Origin: Spirochaetia bacterium
GTDB taxonomy: Bacteria; Spirochaetota; Spirochaetia; DSM-27196; Salinispiraceae
Direction: 5' to 3'
Assembly: GCA_038204425.1 (NCBI GenBank)
Contig: JBBRCZ010000001.1
Location: 384,001 to 448,000, forward strand
DNA: 64,000 bases
The translations under genes were made by a program, and so were the position numbers. Positions 36,056 through 46,449 of the stretch are shown in pieces (position 1 is the stretch's first letter; each line of letters begins with the position of its first letter). Below the pieces are notes generated by a model. The model did not search any database, had not been told where the DNA came from, and worked only from the letters and a program-made list of their open reading frames with translations.

Positions 36056-37179
36056 TAAACTAGTTTCTCCACGACGTAGCCATCATCGGGATTCCACCAT
36101 AAATAAACCTTTTCATTCCATTTGATCTCATGACCTACTTCGAGATATTGAACATGTTGTTTGAAGATCTTAAACCTAAAGCCATTGTCCAAGTCGACAT
36201 AAATACGACTCTGGAAGCCAGAATAAATAACCTCAAATACAATACCATTGATGACATTGTCTGCGCTTTCGTTTGGTTTTGTAGTTTGGATTCTTATTTT
36301 TTCTGGTCGGATGGTGTGGCGTACCTTGTCACCAACAACAAAAGGTCCTTGTCGGTGTCCTGAGTCAACCGTCACCTTAATTGGACCAAGCTTGTCACTT
36401 TCTATGGTAATCATGCGACCATCGACAGCGTTTACCTTACCTTCCATAAAGTTGGTTTCACCAATAAAACTTGCTACAAAAGAATCAGCAGGACTCTCAT
36501 AAATTTCTATCGGACTTCCGATCTGCAGCACCTTACCTTGACTCATAACTGCCACTCGATCCGAAACTGAAAGTGCTTCCGACTGGTCGTGGGTTACGTA
36601 GACAAAGGTGATACCAACTTGGTCGTGGATCAAGTCTAGATCCATCAAAAGCTGGTGTCGCAATTTAGCATCTAACGCGGAAAGTGGCTCATCAAGTAAA
36701 AGTACTTTGGGTTCACTTATGAGGGCCCGGGCAATTGAAACCCTTTGTCTTTGACCACCCGACATTTGATGCGGTTTTTTGTTCTCCTGCCCTCGTAACT
36801 GGACCAAATCCAAATAGTCAAAAACTCTCTTTTTGATTTCTTTTGCTGCGACTTTTTTGAGGCGTAAGGGGAAAGCTATGTTTTCGAATACGCTGAGGTG
36901 AGGAAAAAGAGCATAGTTTTGAAAAACTGTGTTAACTGGTCGTTCGTTGGCAGCCAAGGGCAGAATATCGTTGCCATCCAAGGTGACAATACCTTGTTCT
37001 GGTTGTTCAAAGCCAGCGAGAATTCGAAGCAAGGTGGTTTTGCCACAGCCAGAAGGTCCAAGTAGTGAAAAGAACTCACCCTTTTTAATAGTGAGACTGA
37101 CGTCCTTCAAAACCTGCGTGTCGGCGAAGGATTTACTGACACCTTCAATACGAATTTCACTGCCTATCAATTTGCCCAC
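36055..37179 (-). CDS. potA: Polyamine ABC ATPase
   Basis: GPSGCGKTT, VFQNYALFPH, MSGGQRQR, LLDEPLSALD, C-terminal TOBE domain. Confidence 0.92.
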   Translation of the reverse strand: MGKLIGSEIRIEGVSKSFADTQVLKDVSLTIKKGEFFSLLGPSGCGKTTLLRILAGFEQPEQGIVTLDGNDILPLAANERPVNTVFQNYALFPHLSVFENIAFPLRLKKVAAKEIKKRVFDYLDLVQLRGQENKKPHQMSGGQRQRVSIARALISEPKVLLLDEPLSALDAKLRHQLLMDLDLIHDQVGITFVYVTHDQSEALSVSDRVAVMSQGKVLQIGSPIEIYESPADSFVASFIGETNFMEGKVNAVDGRMITIESDKLGPIKVTVDSGHRQGPFVVGDKVRHTIRPEKIRIQTTKPNESADNVINGIVFEVIYSGFQSRIYVDLDNGFRFKIFKQHVQYLEVGHEIKWNEKVYLWWNPDDGYVVEKLV

Positions 37180-37297
37180 CTAGGTCCATAGTAGAGCCCT
37201 TGGAAAAGACTCAATACCGCATTATTTGCTTGTTTGGCATTGGCTTGTCAATCGTGAAGACCTTGTTTTTTTCAAAGCTTTTGTATTAATTGATAGC

Positions 37298-37876
37298 ATG
37301 AATTTTAACGACCTTGGCGCAGACAATAAAATAGGCCTCAAAATTGTATCCAGTAAAGAGTGTTGGCACGATACGTGGCTTTCGGTCAAACAAAGTGCCT
37401 TTTTGGATCGTGATGGAGAGCCCCAGACCTGGTCATATGTCGAACGCCAAATGAACAGGCGAGCAGTTGTAATTATAGCCCGCACAAAGAATAAAGAAGA
37501 CTTGATCGCTATAAAGCAGTTTAGAATACCGGTGGCTTCTTGGGTTTATGAGTTTCCAGCCGGACTTGTTGATGCCAACGAAAGTCTCCAAGAAGCGGCC
37601 ATACGCGAGTTGGCAGAAGAAACGGGATATGAGGGCACGGTCGCAAAACTTGGCCCTATGGTGCTTACTTCGCCTGGCATGACCACAGAGCGATTTTCTT
37701 TGGTAGAAATGAATGCAGAGGAAGTTCCATCTGCACACGCTCAAGAGGCCGCCGAGGCAATTGAGCTAGTTCTTATTAAAAAAGGAAGCGAGAAAGAATT
37801 TATCGCTCAAGCCGAGCGAGATAACATAGAACTTGATTCAAAACTCTACGTTTACTTGGCCACAATTTCTTCGTAG
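37298..37876 (+). CDS. NUDIX hydrolase, ADP-ribose pyrophosphatase-like
   Basis: KQFR.P, EFPAGLVD..E....AAIRELAEETG, SPGMTTE. Confidence 0.85.
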   Translation: MNFNDLGADNKIGLKIVSSKECWHDTWLSVKQSAFLDRDGEPQTWSYVERQMNRRAVVIIARTKNKEDLIAIKQFRIPVASWVYEFPAGLVDANESLQEAAIRELAEETGYEGTVAKLGPMVLTSPGMTTERFSLVEMNAEEVPSAHAQEAAEAIELVLIKKGSEKEFIAQAERDNIELDSKLYVYLATISS

Positions 37877-38766
37877 CTAAAACTATAGCTCGTGTTGCAA
37901 TTATGGCAGGTTACGTGTACGGCGAGCGGATCGTGTTCTTTGAGTGCTTCAAGTTCTTCCTTGTCCAGCGTTGCCAAGTAATTGCCAAAGGCTTGACGTT
38001 CGCATCGGCAAAAGAACTCTAGCGGAGCACTGCCGACAATTTTTGGTTCGAAGGCTGCAAACAATTCATGCATCATCGCGGCCCCTGTTTTTTTTTCTGA
38101 AAACGACTTCGCTATGCTTGGAATCTCCAAGAGCCAGGTGTCGAGATCTTCCAGAATGCCTTCACGGGCGCCGGGCATGGCTTGGAGCAGGATGCCCCCT
38201 GCACTTTTAATGGTCCCGTCACTGGCAAAAAGTATACTCAGACTCAAAGCACTGGGGGTTTGTTCAGATTTTAAGTAATAATTGGCGATATCATGAGCAA
38301 TAGAAGAGTACTCAAGTTCGATAGTTCCAGAAATTGGTTCGGCATAGTTTGCCAAATAACGGGTTACTGTCAGGAGACCTTTGCCTATGAAGGGTTTTAG
38401 GTCAAAGCTTTCTGGATCATTCTCGAGGACCAGCTTGTCTACTTTTAAGTATCCTCTTATCTCACCATTTGATCGAGCTTCCACTGAAAAACCTTTGAGT
38501 CCGCCTTCACATTCCATGCTGATGTTCAATCTATCGTCATCTTTTAGATTGGTGGCACTAAGTGCAACGCCCATGTAGGCGTAACCCAAGGCCAGCGATT
38601 CAAGCGGGCCCGTTTGGTGATTAGTCTGCATATGATTGAGTAAGCGACTTGCATGTACTATGACCGCCCTAACCGTTCCTTCTTCCAAGAGAAAAATATC
38701 AATGCCGTCGTCAGAAAGAGTTTGTAAATGTGATTCAATAGACTCAGAAAGCTCTTTTTTAATCAT
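37852..38766 (-). CDS. hslO: Hsp33 redox-regulated chaperone
   Basis: GEIRGY, SEQTPS, AGGILLQAMPG, C-terminal CRC...CHNC Zn site. Confidence 0.9.
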   Translation of the reverse strand: MIKKELSESIESHLQTLSDDGIDIFLLEEGTVRAVIVHASRLLNHMQTNHQTGPLESLALGYAYMGVALSATNLKDDDRLNISMECEGGLKGFSVEARSNGEIRGYLKVDKLVLENDPESFDLKPFIGKGLLTVTRYLANYAEPISGTIELEYSSIAHDIANYYLKSEQTPSALSLSILFASDGTIKSAGGILLQAMPGAREGILEDLDTWLLEIPSIAKSFSEKKTGAAMMHELFAAFEPKIVGSAPLEFFCRCERQAFGNYLATLDKEELEALKEHDPLAVHVTCHNCNTSYSFSYEEIVAK

Positions 38767-38798
38767 ACCGTAATGTTCTCACGAGACTACAAAGAAGG

Positions 38799-39527
38799 TC
38801 AACGACGGCTTTTACGTAGTTGACTTAGACTTGCTCTGAGATCTTTTGGATAAGGTGCTTCAAAGCTGAGAGCTTGTTGATCTGCAACAGGGTTAATGAC
38901 GAGAGAAAAGGCATGCAGAGCACAACGATTAATTAGCGGTCGTTCTTCAAACTTGTCGCCTTTCCATGAGGAGTTTATCTTCGATGCTAGCAAAGGCGTT
39001 CCTCCATAAAGACTGTCAGCAACAACGGGGTATCCAATAAAGGCCGCATGTGCTCTAATTTGATGGGTTCTTCCTGTGTGCAAGCGAGCCTCCACCAAAC
39101 AATGGCGGGAGTATTTTTCTAATACTTTAAAACTTGTCCAACACGGCTTACCGTGCTTACCTGGCACACTACGATGAAGGCGATCGCCGTCAATCAAAAG
39201 TGCCTGGTGGCATTCAAATTCTTGCCAACTTGGGATACCGGTCACGATTGCATGATAGGTCTTTGTGCTGTGCTCAGCCTCTATCATGGTGTGCATAATT
39301 TGAGAGTGTTCAGGGTCTAGACCAAAAGCCACGATGCCAGTGGTTTCTTTATCTAGTCTGTGCAGATTGTAAATACTTGCATACTGTTTTTTCAAGAGTT
39401 CGACAAGATTGAGTGCTTGCGTATCGTAGCGCTCTGGTATAACTGTAATACCTGCTGGCTTATTTACTATGAGCAAATCTTGGTCTTTAAAAAGTATCTC
39501 TATTGTGGGGCTTGGCGCGTACGTCAA
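38799..39527 (-). CDS. RluA-family pseudouridine synthase
   Basis: VNKPAG, HRLDKETTG, KTYHAIV, TGRTHQIRAH, LHA. Confidence 0.9.
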   Translation of the reverse strand: MTYAPSPTIEILFKDQDLLIVNKPAGITVIPERYDTQALNLVELLKKQYASIYNLHRLDKETTGIVAFGLDPEHSQIMHTMIEAEHSTKTYHAIVTGIPSWQEFECHQALLIDGDRLHRSVPGKHGKPCWTSFKVLEKYSRHCLVEARLHTGRTHQIRAHAAFIGYPVVADSLYGGTPLLASKINSSWKGDKFEERPLINRCALHAFSLVINPVADQQALSFEAPYPKDLRASLSQLRKSRR

Positions 39528-39548
39528 GTTTAGGTATTGGCCATCAGT

Positions 39549-40028
39549 TTAATGCTCTTCGCTGCCATCATGGACATGACCGTGATCGAGTTCAACAGCT
39601 GTTGCTTCCCTGACATCAAGAATACTTACCTTAACTTCAAGTTTTTCGTCACACAATGGGTGATTAGCATCAACAGTAAATTGGTCGCCCTCAATACCAA
39701 TAATGGTGCAAACCCGGCTCTCGTCAGCGACTTCTGCTTGAAATTCCAAGCCCTCATAGAGCTCTATACCATCTTCAAAATCTGATCGGGTAACCTTAAA
39801 AACCAAACTATCGTCATATTCTCCGTAAGCATCGGCTGGCAAAAAAACTCGTTCAAGTTTATCACCCTTTTTGAGACCTTCTAATGCTTTTTCTAGTCCT
39901 GGAAATAGAAAACCACTTCCTTGAATGTATGACAAAGCTCCATTTTCATCGGAACTGTCCAGAATTTCACCATCGACGGCCTTTAGTTCATATTCAATAG
40001 TTGCTACTCGATTTTTTTCTATCTTCAT
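39549..40028 (-). CDS. slyD: SlyD-type FKBP peptidyl-prolyl isomerase
   Basis: GLEKALEG, AYGEYD, VDANHPL, REAT..ELDHGHVH. Confidence 0.9.
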   Translation of the reverse strand: MKIEKNRVATIEYELKAVDGEILDSSDENGALSYIQGSGFLFPGLEKALEGLKKGDKLERVFLPADAYGEYDDSLVFKVTRSDFEDGIELYEGLEFQAEVADESRVCTIIGIEGDQFTVDANHPLCDEKLEVKVSILDVREATAVELDHGHVHDGSEEH

Positions 40029-40161
40029 TATTTTTCCTCGTAAGAAAATTTGGCCACGGGGTTCAAAAGCACACTTAAGAACGGTGACACAGGCTTAGTA
40101 TATATTGCAAGTCGATTTTGTTAAAGACTGAATTACTATTGAGAACCTAACTACAAGCATT

Positions 40162-41523
40162 TCAAAGGGGCAAATTGCTTGCCAAGATTTTCTGTATGGC
40201 TCCAAAAAAAACGGTTCTAAGTGTCTGCGTCCATAATTCTAAACGTGCACATTCTCTCAACAGTGGCTCAAAGTCAAGGTTTCCGGATGTTCCTGGGTAG
40301 CGACGATTGGCTATACTTTCGTCAGGGTCCCTCGTTGCAAGTTTGTCTAGGTTGCTGCCGACCTGACGATAGGCCTCTCTAAAGGGCATACCGGCTGCAA
40401 CCAAGAGCAATGCTTGGTCGGTGGCATAGATTTCTGGAACAAAGGCCTTACGCAATGCGTCGCCGTGTACCTCTAGTTCTGTAAAAGTCAGATTCATTAT
40501 CCTAACCATCATGTTGGCTACATGAAGGCCGCGCAAAATAGGTTCCTTACTATCTTGAAAATCTCTATTGTAGCCTGTCGGCAAACTTCTAACCAAAGAC
40601 TTAGCTTGACTGGCCCAACCAGACAACATGGCTGACCTACTTCTCAACAGTTCTAGTCCATCCGGATTCTTTTTTTGGGGCATAATACTGGAGCCCGAAC
40701 AAAGCTTATCTGGCAATGAAAAGTAACCAAACTCAGGCAAGCTAAAGAGGATCAAATCCTGAGCGTACTTTGACAACGTTAATCCATGTTGATCCAAGGC
40801 ATCCAGAACCACTGCTTCAATTTTGCCACGCGAATTTGATGCTGCCAGCACATTCTCAAAAACTTTAGAAAAAGCCAAAAGCTTAGCCGTGTAGCTTGGA
40901 TCAAGGTCCAAGGGCGCACCGTATCCTGCTGCCGAACCTAAGGGCGACTTATCTACCAGTTTTATGGCGCACTCCAATAAGGTAAAGTCATCACTCAGTT
41001 GTTCGGCTAAGGCGCCCGCCCACAGGCCAAGGCTTGATGGCATCGCAATCTGCATGTGCGTTCTGCCGGGCATGGGTACATTTTTATGTTTTTGTGCAAA
41101 GCTCAAAACTGTGCGGATCAATTGCAGGCAGCTTTGAGCGATATCTAGTAGGCGAGCTTTAGTGTAGAGCCGCAGGGTTACCAAAATTTGATCATTGCGG
41201 CTTCTTCCGGTGTGGATTCGCTTGCCTGCGTCACCGAGTTTCTCAACCAATCTGTTTTCGATAGCTGTATGACAGTCTTCATCGCTTCTTGAAATTGCGA
41301 ATTTTTCTTCACTCGCCTCTTGGGCTATATTCTGCAATTCTTTGCTTAGAAGTTCTTGCTCATCCGACTTAAGCAAACCCATTTTTTCTAGCTGACTCGC
41401 ATGAGCAATACTTGCTGCACAATCGCTGCGCACCAAGTCAAGATCCAAATGATAGTCAATTCCCACGGTAAACTCTTCTAAAAGCGCATCAATATCGTAG
41501 TCTTTTTGCCAGATTTTAGCCAA
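40162..41523 (-). CDS. argH: Argininosuccinate lyase
   Basis: EDCH, HTGRSRNDQ, PGRTHMQ, SPLGS, GSSIMPQKKNPD, YNRDFQ. TTG start follows GGAG. Confidence 0.93.
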   Translation of the reverse strand: MAKIWQKDYDIDALLEEFTVGIDYHLDLDLVRSDCAASIAHASQLEKMGLLKSDEQELLSKELQNIAQEASEEKFAISRSDEDCHTAIENRLVEKLGDAGKRIHTGRSRNDQILVTLRLYTKARLLDIAQSCLQLIRTVLSFAQKHKNVPMPGRTHMQIAMPSSLGLWAGALAEQLSDDFTLLECAIKLVDKSPLGSAAGYGAPLDLDPSYTAKLLAFSKVFENVLAASNSRGKIEAVVLDALDQHGLTLSKYAQDLILFSLPEFGYFSLPDKLCSGSSIMPQKKNPDGLELLRSRSAMLSGWASQAKSLVRSLPTGYNRDFQDSKEPILRGLHVANMMVRIMNLTFTELEVHGDALRKAFVPEIYATDQALLLVAAGMPFREAYRQVGSNLDKLATRDPDESIANRRYPGTSGNLDFEPLLRECARLELWTQTLRTVFFGAIQKILASNLPL

Positions 41524-42816
41524 TTATGATACTCCAAAAACAAAGAATCTCAAGACCACGTAAACTGTGGCGAGTGCTAAACTAATCATGGTAATGGGAA
41601 AACCAAACTTAAGGAACTCTACAAAGGAAAGATTCATGCCGTTTTTTCGTGCAATACCTGCAGCAACAACGTTAGCACTAGAACCTATCAACGTCCCGTT
41701 GCCGCCCAGACAAGCTCCCAAACTAAGTGTCCACCACAATGGCGCAATAGCCGCGGCTCCCATCACCGTTCCCATACTCTGTAAGAGCGGTATCATGGTC
41801 GCAACAAAGGGTATGTTGTCAACAAAGGCACTAAAAATTCCAGCAAACCACATTAAAGACACCGTAGTTATCAGCAGATCTCCACCAGTCAAGCCAATGA
41901 AACCCTGTGCAAGAATCTTTATAACACCCAGCTGCTCCAGTCCTTGCACCATGACAAAGAGTCCTATAAAGAAGAATATGGTGCCCCACTCGACTTCATG
42001 AAAGAATTCATCAATGTCATGTCGTTCGGTCAAAAGAACCAACAAGAATGCTCCGCCAAGTGCAACAATAGCGGGTTCTACATTAATTAAAGAATGCAGG
42101 GTTAAACCTACAATAACCAAGACTAAAACCACGAGTGACTTGATAAGCAGCCCTTTGTCTGTTATTGATTTTGACTCGTCAAATTCTAAAATGCGCGCGC
42201 GCCTCTCAGTAGAAACCTGCAGCTTTTTTTTATAAAAAAGATAGAGAAAGGCAACATAAGCAATCAAAATAATAACTACTATCGGACCGTTGACCATGAC
42301 AAAATCAAGAAACCCAAGTCCGGTGCTGGAACCAATCATAATATTGGGCGGGTCACCAATCAGCGTAGCAGTTCCTCCAATGTTGGAACTAATTGAGACG
42401 GTGGCCAAATAGAGGATGGGTGGAACCCCCATTTCTACGGCTAACAAAAGTGCAACCGGGCCAAGGATAAGAACTGTGGTAACGTTGTCCAAAATCGCAG
42501 AAAAACCAGCTGTGATGAGCGCCAATAAGACAAGCAGACCTATCGGGTGACCTTTGACCAACTTGGCAGCCTTAATAGCTACATACTGAAACAATCCCGT
42601 TCTTTTAGTGATGCCAACAATCAACATCATCCCAATCAAAACAAAGATAACGTTCCAGTCGATCAGTCCAAGAATATTGTCGCCTTCGACCACATGCAGA
42701 AATACAAATATACAAGCACCCAAGATAGCAGTGATTGTTTTGTTAACTTTCTCGGTAGAAATAAGCACAAAGGAGGCAACAAAAACGCCAGTTGCAACCC
42801 ACATTAACGGTGTCAT
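41524..42816 (-). CDS. ArsB/NhaD (IT superfamily, P-protein-like) permease
   Basis: IDWN, SAILDNVTT, SNIGGTATLIGDPPN, SAFVDNIP, LGGNGTLIGSSAN. Confidence 0.88.
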   Translation of the reverse strand: MTPLMWVATGVFVASFVLISTEKVNKTITAILGACIFVFLHVVEGDNILGLIDWNVIFVLIGMMLIVGITKRTGLFQYVAIKAAKLVKGHPIGLLVLLALITAGFSAILDNVTTVLILGPVALLLAVEMGVPPILYLATVSISSNIGGTATLIGDPPNIMIGSSTGLGFLDFVMVNGPIVVIILIAYVAFLYLFYKKKLQVSTERRARILEFDESKSITDKGLLIKSLVVLVLVIVGLTLHSLINVEPAIVALGGAFLLVLLTERHDIDEFFHEVEWGTIFFFIGLFVMVQGLEQLGVIKILAQGFIGLTGGDLLITTVSLMWFAGIFSAFVDNIPFVATMIPLLQSMGTVMGAAAIAPLWWTLSLGACLGGNGTLIGSSANVVAAGIARKNGMNLSFVEFLKFGFPITMISLALATVYVVLRFFVFGVS

Positions 42817-42913
42817 GCCACTATAAAAGCATGCGCCAGCTTGCCTGCACAAGTCTTTGACGCAATAGTATCAAAAAACAGTGCAAAAAATCGAGCTGAC
42901 CAAATACCTGCAA

Positions 42914-44992
42914 TTAAAGGGTCAAAGTAGATAAAAAGTTTTCATAGCTTTTATTTGCACTTTGCAATAACTGCTCTTCTGCAATTACTTGCTTGTCTAA
43001 GTTGTCTATAGATTTTTCACTTTCAGAAAGGCGTTCCAAATACTGCTTTCCTTGGACACTGTTGTTACCAGCAGCAGTTAAGTTGTTGCGGTATCGTGTT
43101 TGGTCTGCTTCTAAGGCTGTCCGTTGCCTGCGAAGTGTTGCGATTGTACTTTGCTTATCGTCTAGGTTTTGTCTGAGTTTTGCTGCTTGAGCAAGCGCGT
43201 CTTTGATCGACTGCTGCATGGCGGCATTACTCGTGTAGTGTAAGTAGCTAGTGCCGGTACTACGCAGCAATGCAATTGTCTCCGACACAACTTGTCGTTC
43301 TTTTACTAGATAGTCTTTGGCCTCTAGGCCCTTGATGGTCAGCTCAAATCGATAGTGACTTGCGGTTTCTTCTTGCGCCTTGATATCAATCAAGGACCTT
43401 CCTGAAGTTTTTGGGTGTTCTATGATTAAAGTGCTTGGCTCACTAGAAGAATTGTCCAGACGATAGTTACTTGTATAATCATAATTGCGTTGAACTGAAA
43501 GCACGCCGCGGTTTATTGAAAATTTGGTAATACTTTGCCCAGATGACAACTCTGGAATCACTTTGAGCTCACCGTTGACGGCATAGCTAATTAGTCGGAC
43601 TTGTTTGGTACCGAGGGTATCCAATAGAGCATCTCCACCGTACATGCCACCATCAAATATGGTTACTGGTCCTGGGGGCAACTTTACACCGGTTGAATTG
43701 CGCAGTCTCACCGCATTGAGCGGGCTGCCAGCCAACACACTTTGGTTGTAGATTGAGACTTTTTCAGCATCAATGCTGCCTACGTGAAATGCAAGCATGG
43801 CGCTTGAACGGCGAGGTACGTCAACAGCATTTTTGATAACAAAGCTAAAGAGCTCCCCCGCAGCTTTGGCGTTAGCTTGGGATTGGACACCAGTATCTGC
43901 CAAGTTTGCTCTCTCATCAAACGCGTCGAGACCGGGATATTCTTTGGCGGCTTCTCCCGCCATAAGTGCCGACTCAGGCGATGCATATCCGGAAGAGCGC
44001 GAAGCAGCCGGCGCAGTGCGCGAAGCTATCCCCTGATCGTAACGTTGAGGTCTAACCGTTGGCCCTCGGCTAATCTCTATTTGAGGCCTAGCAACATACT
44101 GAGGCGTATAAAGATCTTGGGTAAACGAGATCGGGTTGCCGCTAATCAAAGATAACTTAACTGACTTCCAGTCGCTATCCGAAGTATTTTCTACAATCGC
44201 CCAAGCTTGCAAAAAGGCTTGGGCTTTGGGGCCAGTCTTTGCAAGCTCACTCAAATCCAGGCGATAACTTGCCTTCCACAAGGGCGCCTCGGCCAAGTAG
44301 GAAATCAGAATCCGTCGGCTCCCCTTGCCAAAAAACTTAACTATGACGGTCTTTAGTTCTTTATCACCTTTACTTCGCAACACTTCCAAGGCGCGCTCGA
44401 GTTCAACATTGACTTTGGCATCCACTGCGCGAATTGTACTAATTTCAGAAATGGGAATGGATCGAAAGCCACTATTGGTCAAAAGATTGACAAAAGTCTC
44501 GTTGTAATTTTGCTCGTTTGGTCGCCCGGGGACGGTCCTTTCTTCTAACGACAAGACTTTGCCTGTAATCAGTTCTGGAGCATTAATCTGAAGTTCAAAA
44601 CCTTTAAGCTGCTCCAACATAATGCGCAAACTTGGATTGCCAGAAAGGTCAATCAGGAAGCCCCCCAAAGCCCGTTCGATAGGATCTTGGCTTGGATAAT
44701 TTACTGTTTCTATGCTGCCACCATCCAAATCTCTAAGTACCAGTGATTTTAGAACGTCATTGATTTGATTGGTAGAAAACTGAAACCGCAGTGAAGCATC
44801 ACCGCTAATCGTGCCAGAATGTTCAAAATAGGCAACACCGCTGGTGTAGAGAATTACCCGACTCAAGGGAAGCTGGGCTTCGGCATCAAGTATCGGCTGA
44901 GCACTAAGTCCGGTTAGAGTCCCCAAAAAAGTTAGCGCAAAAAAAACGACATATGAAATCGGCAAATTATTTGATCTTGAAAATGACGACAT
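42914..44992 (-). CDS. DUF4139-family exported protein
   Basis: Signal peptide, VILYTSGVAYFEH, NDVLKSL, APLWKASYRL, QAWAIVEN..DW, C-terminal coiled coil; GGGAGG SD. Confidence 0.75.
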   Translation of the reverse strand: MSSFSRSNNLPISYVVFFALTFLGTLTGLSAQPILDAEAQLPLSRVILYTSGVAYFEHSGTISGDASLRFQFSTNQINDVLKSLVLRDLDGGSIETVNYPSQDPIERALGGFLIDLSGNPSLRIMLEQLKGFELQINAPELITGKVLSLEERTVPGRPNEQNYNETFVNLLTNSGFRSIPISEISTIRAVDAKVNVELERALEVLRSKGDKELKTVIVKFFGKGSRRILISYLAEAPLWKASYRLDLSELAKTGPKAQAFLQAWAIVENTSDSDWKSVKLSLISGNPISFTQDLYTPQYVARPQIEISRGPTVRPQRYDQGIASRTAPAASRSSGYASPESALMAGEAAKEYPGLDAFDERANLADTGVQSQANAKAAGELFSFVIKNAVDVPRRSSAMLAFHVGSIDAEKVSIYNQSVLAGSPLNAVRLRNSTGVKLPPGPVTIFDGGMYGGDALLDTLGTKQVRLISYAVNGELKVIPELSSGQSITKFSINRGVLSVQRNYDYTSNYRLDNSSSEPSTLIIEHPKTSGRSLIDIKAQEETASHYRFELTIKGLEAKDYLVKERQVVSETIALLRSTGTSYLHYTSNAAMQQSIKDALAQAAKLRQNLDDKQSTIATLRRQRTALEADQTRYRNNLTAAGNNSVQGKQYLERLSESEKSIDNLDKQVIAEEQLLQSANKSYENFLSTLTL

Positions 44993-45063
44993 AAAAACCT
45001 CCCTAAACTGCACAAGCACTAAAGTATAGTGTAGAAAGATTATTTGGAAAAGATTATTCGGTT

Positions 45064-45597
45064 TTAGCCGGTTCTAGGCATATATGACCCAGTCTCAGAG
45101 CCTAACTTGGGAAAAGCTCTCAGTTCTTCTTGGGTATATAGGTCAGACAATGGGCTTGGCGATGGCATGTAGTCGCGAGAAATACCAGGCGCGAGCTCGC
45201 GCCTCCAATCAGGTTTGTGGTGATTATCTTCGTATACTATTTTGTTAATTTGAACTTTTTGCTTTAGGCCGTTTTCTTCTTGTTCTTCATAGACACCAAA
45301 ACATCCGGCACCAACGTAGATCAAATCTTGTTCTGGTTTAATGTGTTCTGAGTTTCTCAGAAAATCAACTACGGCGTCAAAGTTTACAGGCTTGCCCGTA
45401 TCTCGGTGTGCTACTGCGATAAAAATATTTTCTATCTCTTTGCCGGACAATGAACAGGGTTCATAGTCTCTTTTAGGAGGTTTTGGCACTTGAGGAAATT
45501 TTTCTGCATAACTCGCGGTACTCAAACTCGGACGTTCTGGTTTTTCGTTGCGCTGAGCTGGCCGGTTTCTCCGACGTGTATCGTGCTGGCGATCCAT
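45064..45597 (-). CDS. Hypothetical protein with Arg-rich N-terminus
   Basis: ORF with its own promoter-like TTGCGA-N17-TAAAGT; YVGAGCFGV motif. Confidence 0.65.
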   Translation of the reverse strand: MDRQHDTRRRNRPAQRNEKPERPSLSTASYAEKFPQVPKPPKRDYEPCSLSGKEIENIFIAVAHRDTGKPVNFDAVVDFLRNSEHIKPEQDLIYVGAGCFGVYEEQEENGLKQKVQINKIVYEDNHHKPDWRRELAPGISRDYMPSPSPLSDLYTQEELRAFPKLGSETGSYMPRTG

Positions 45598-45666
45598 AAT
45601 TTATACCACTTTACTCAATGACCGTCTAAATCGCAAGCCCCTACGACAAAATACCCTACCGAAGCT

Positions 45667-46449
45667 CTATGATTTCTTGAACAATCTAACGAAGAAGTTC
45701 TTGCTAGGTGATTTTCTGCTCATGGCATGTCGTTCTGCAAAGGACAGGATACTTTCTTCACTTCCCGAAACAAGCAGTATGTCTGCTTTGTCAAAAACGT
45801 AATCCGCTAAAAGTGTTCGGTACTGGTTTGACTCCGCATGTTTGGGATCCAAGTCAAAATGATGCTTTTCTTCGCTTGGATCTTCCAACATACTTGCATT
45901 GTGTTCTGAGCTTCGGGCCGCTATCACGTTTAGTTGCCAGTTTTCTCTAAATTTTGCTTCACGGAGGTTCTTTCCAAGTACTTCTTCTGGAAGTGCAATT
46001 TCTGCAAAAGATAGGCCACTTCCTAGTGGCGTATAAGAAATTAGACCATTATTAATCAACATGGGAACAATTCTTTTAGCAGCTTCGGCAGCTGGAAATA
46101 CTACCTTATCAGCCCCTAAGAGGCTCAGGATTTCTGAATGCTCGGGACTCTTTCCAAGCACCATCACATTTTTAAAGCCTTGACGTTTGAGATAGTGGGT
46201 TAACAAAATACTCGCCTCAGTGTTGTCACCAAGGTCAACCACACAACCATCCAGACTTGCTGGCAAAATTTCTTTTAAAGTTGGCAAGTAGGCAACATCA
46301 GCTACGAATGCAGCAGTAACCCTACTTTTATACTGATTAATTGCATCTTCGTTCTTATCGGCTATCATCAACTCAACTTGTCGGCCAAGCAACTCTTCTA
46401 AAATTGCCTTGCCAAAAGAACCCAATCCCAAAATCGCGTATTGTTTCAT
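45667..46449 (-). CDS. ktrA: KtrA/TrkA-family RCK subunit
   Basis: KQYAILGLGSFG, ASILLT..LK, LGADKVVFP, C-terminal RCK_C. Confidence 0.85.
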   Translation of the reverse strand: MKQYAILGLGSFGKAILEELLGRQVELMIADKNEDAINQYKSRVTAAFVADVAYLPTLKEILPASLDGCVVDLGDNTEASILLTHYLKRQGFKNVMVLGKSPEHSEILSLLGADKVVFPAAEAAKRIVPMLINNGLISYTPLGSGLSFAEIALPEEVLGKNLREAKFRENWQLNVIAARSSEHNASMLEDPSEEKHHFDLDPKHAESNQYRTLLADYVFDKADILLVSGSEESILSFAERHAMSRKSPSKNFFVRLFKKS

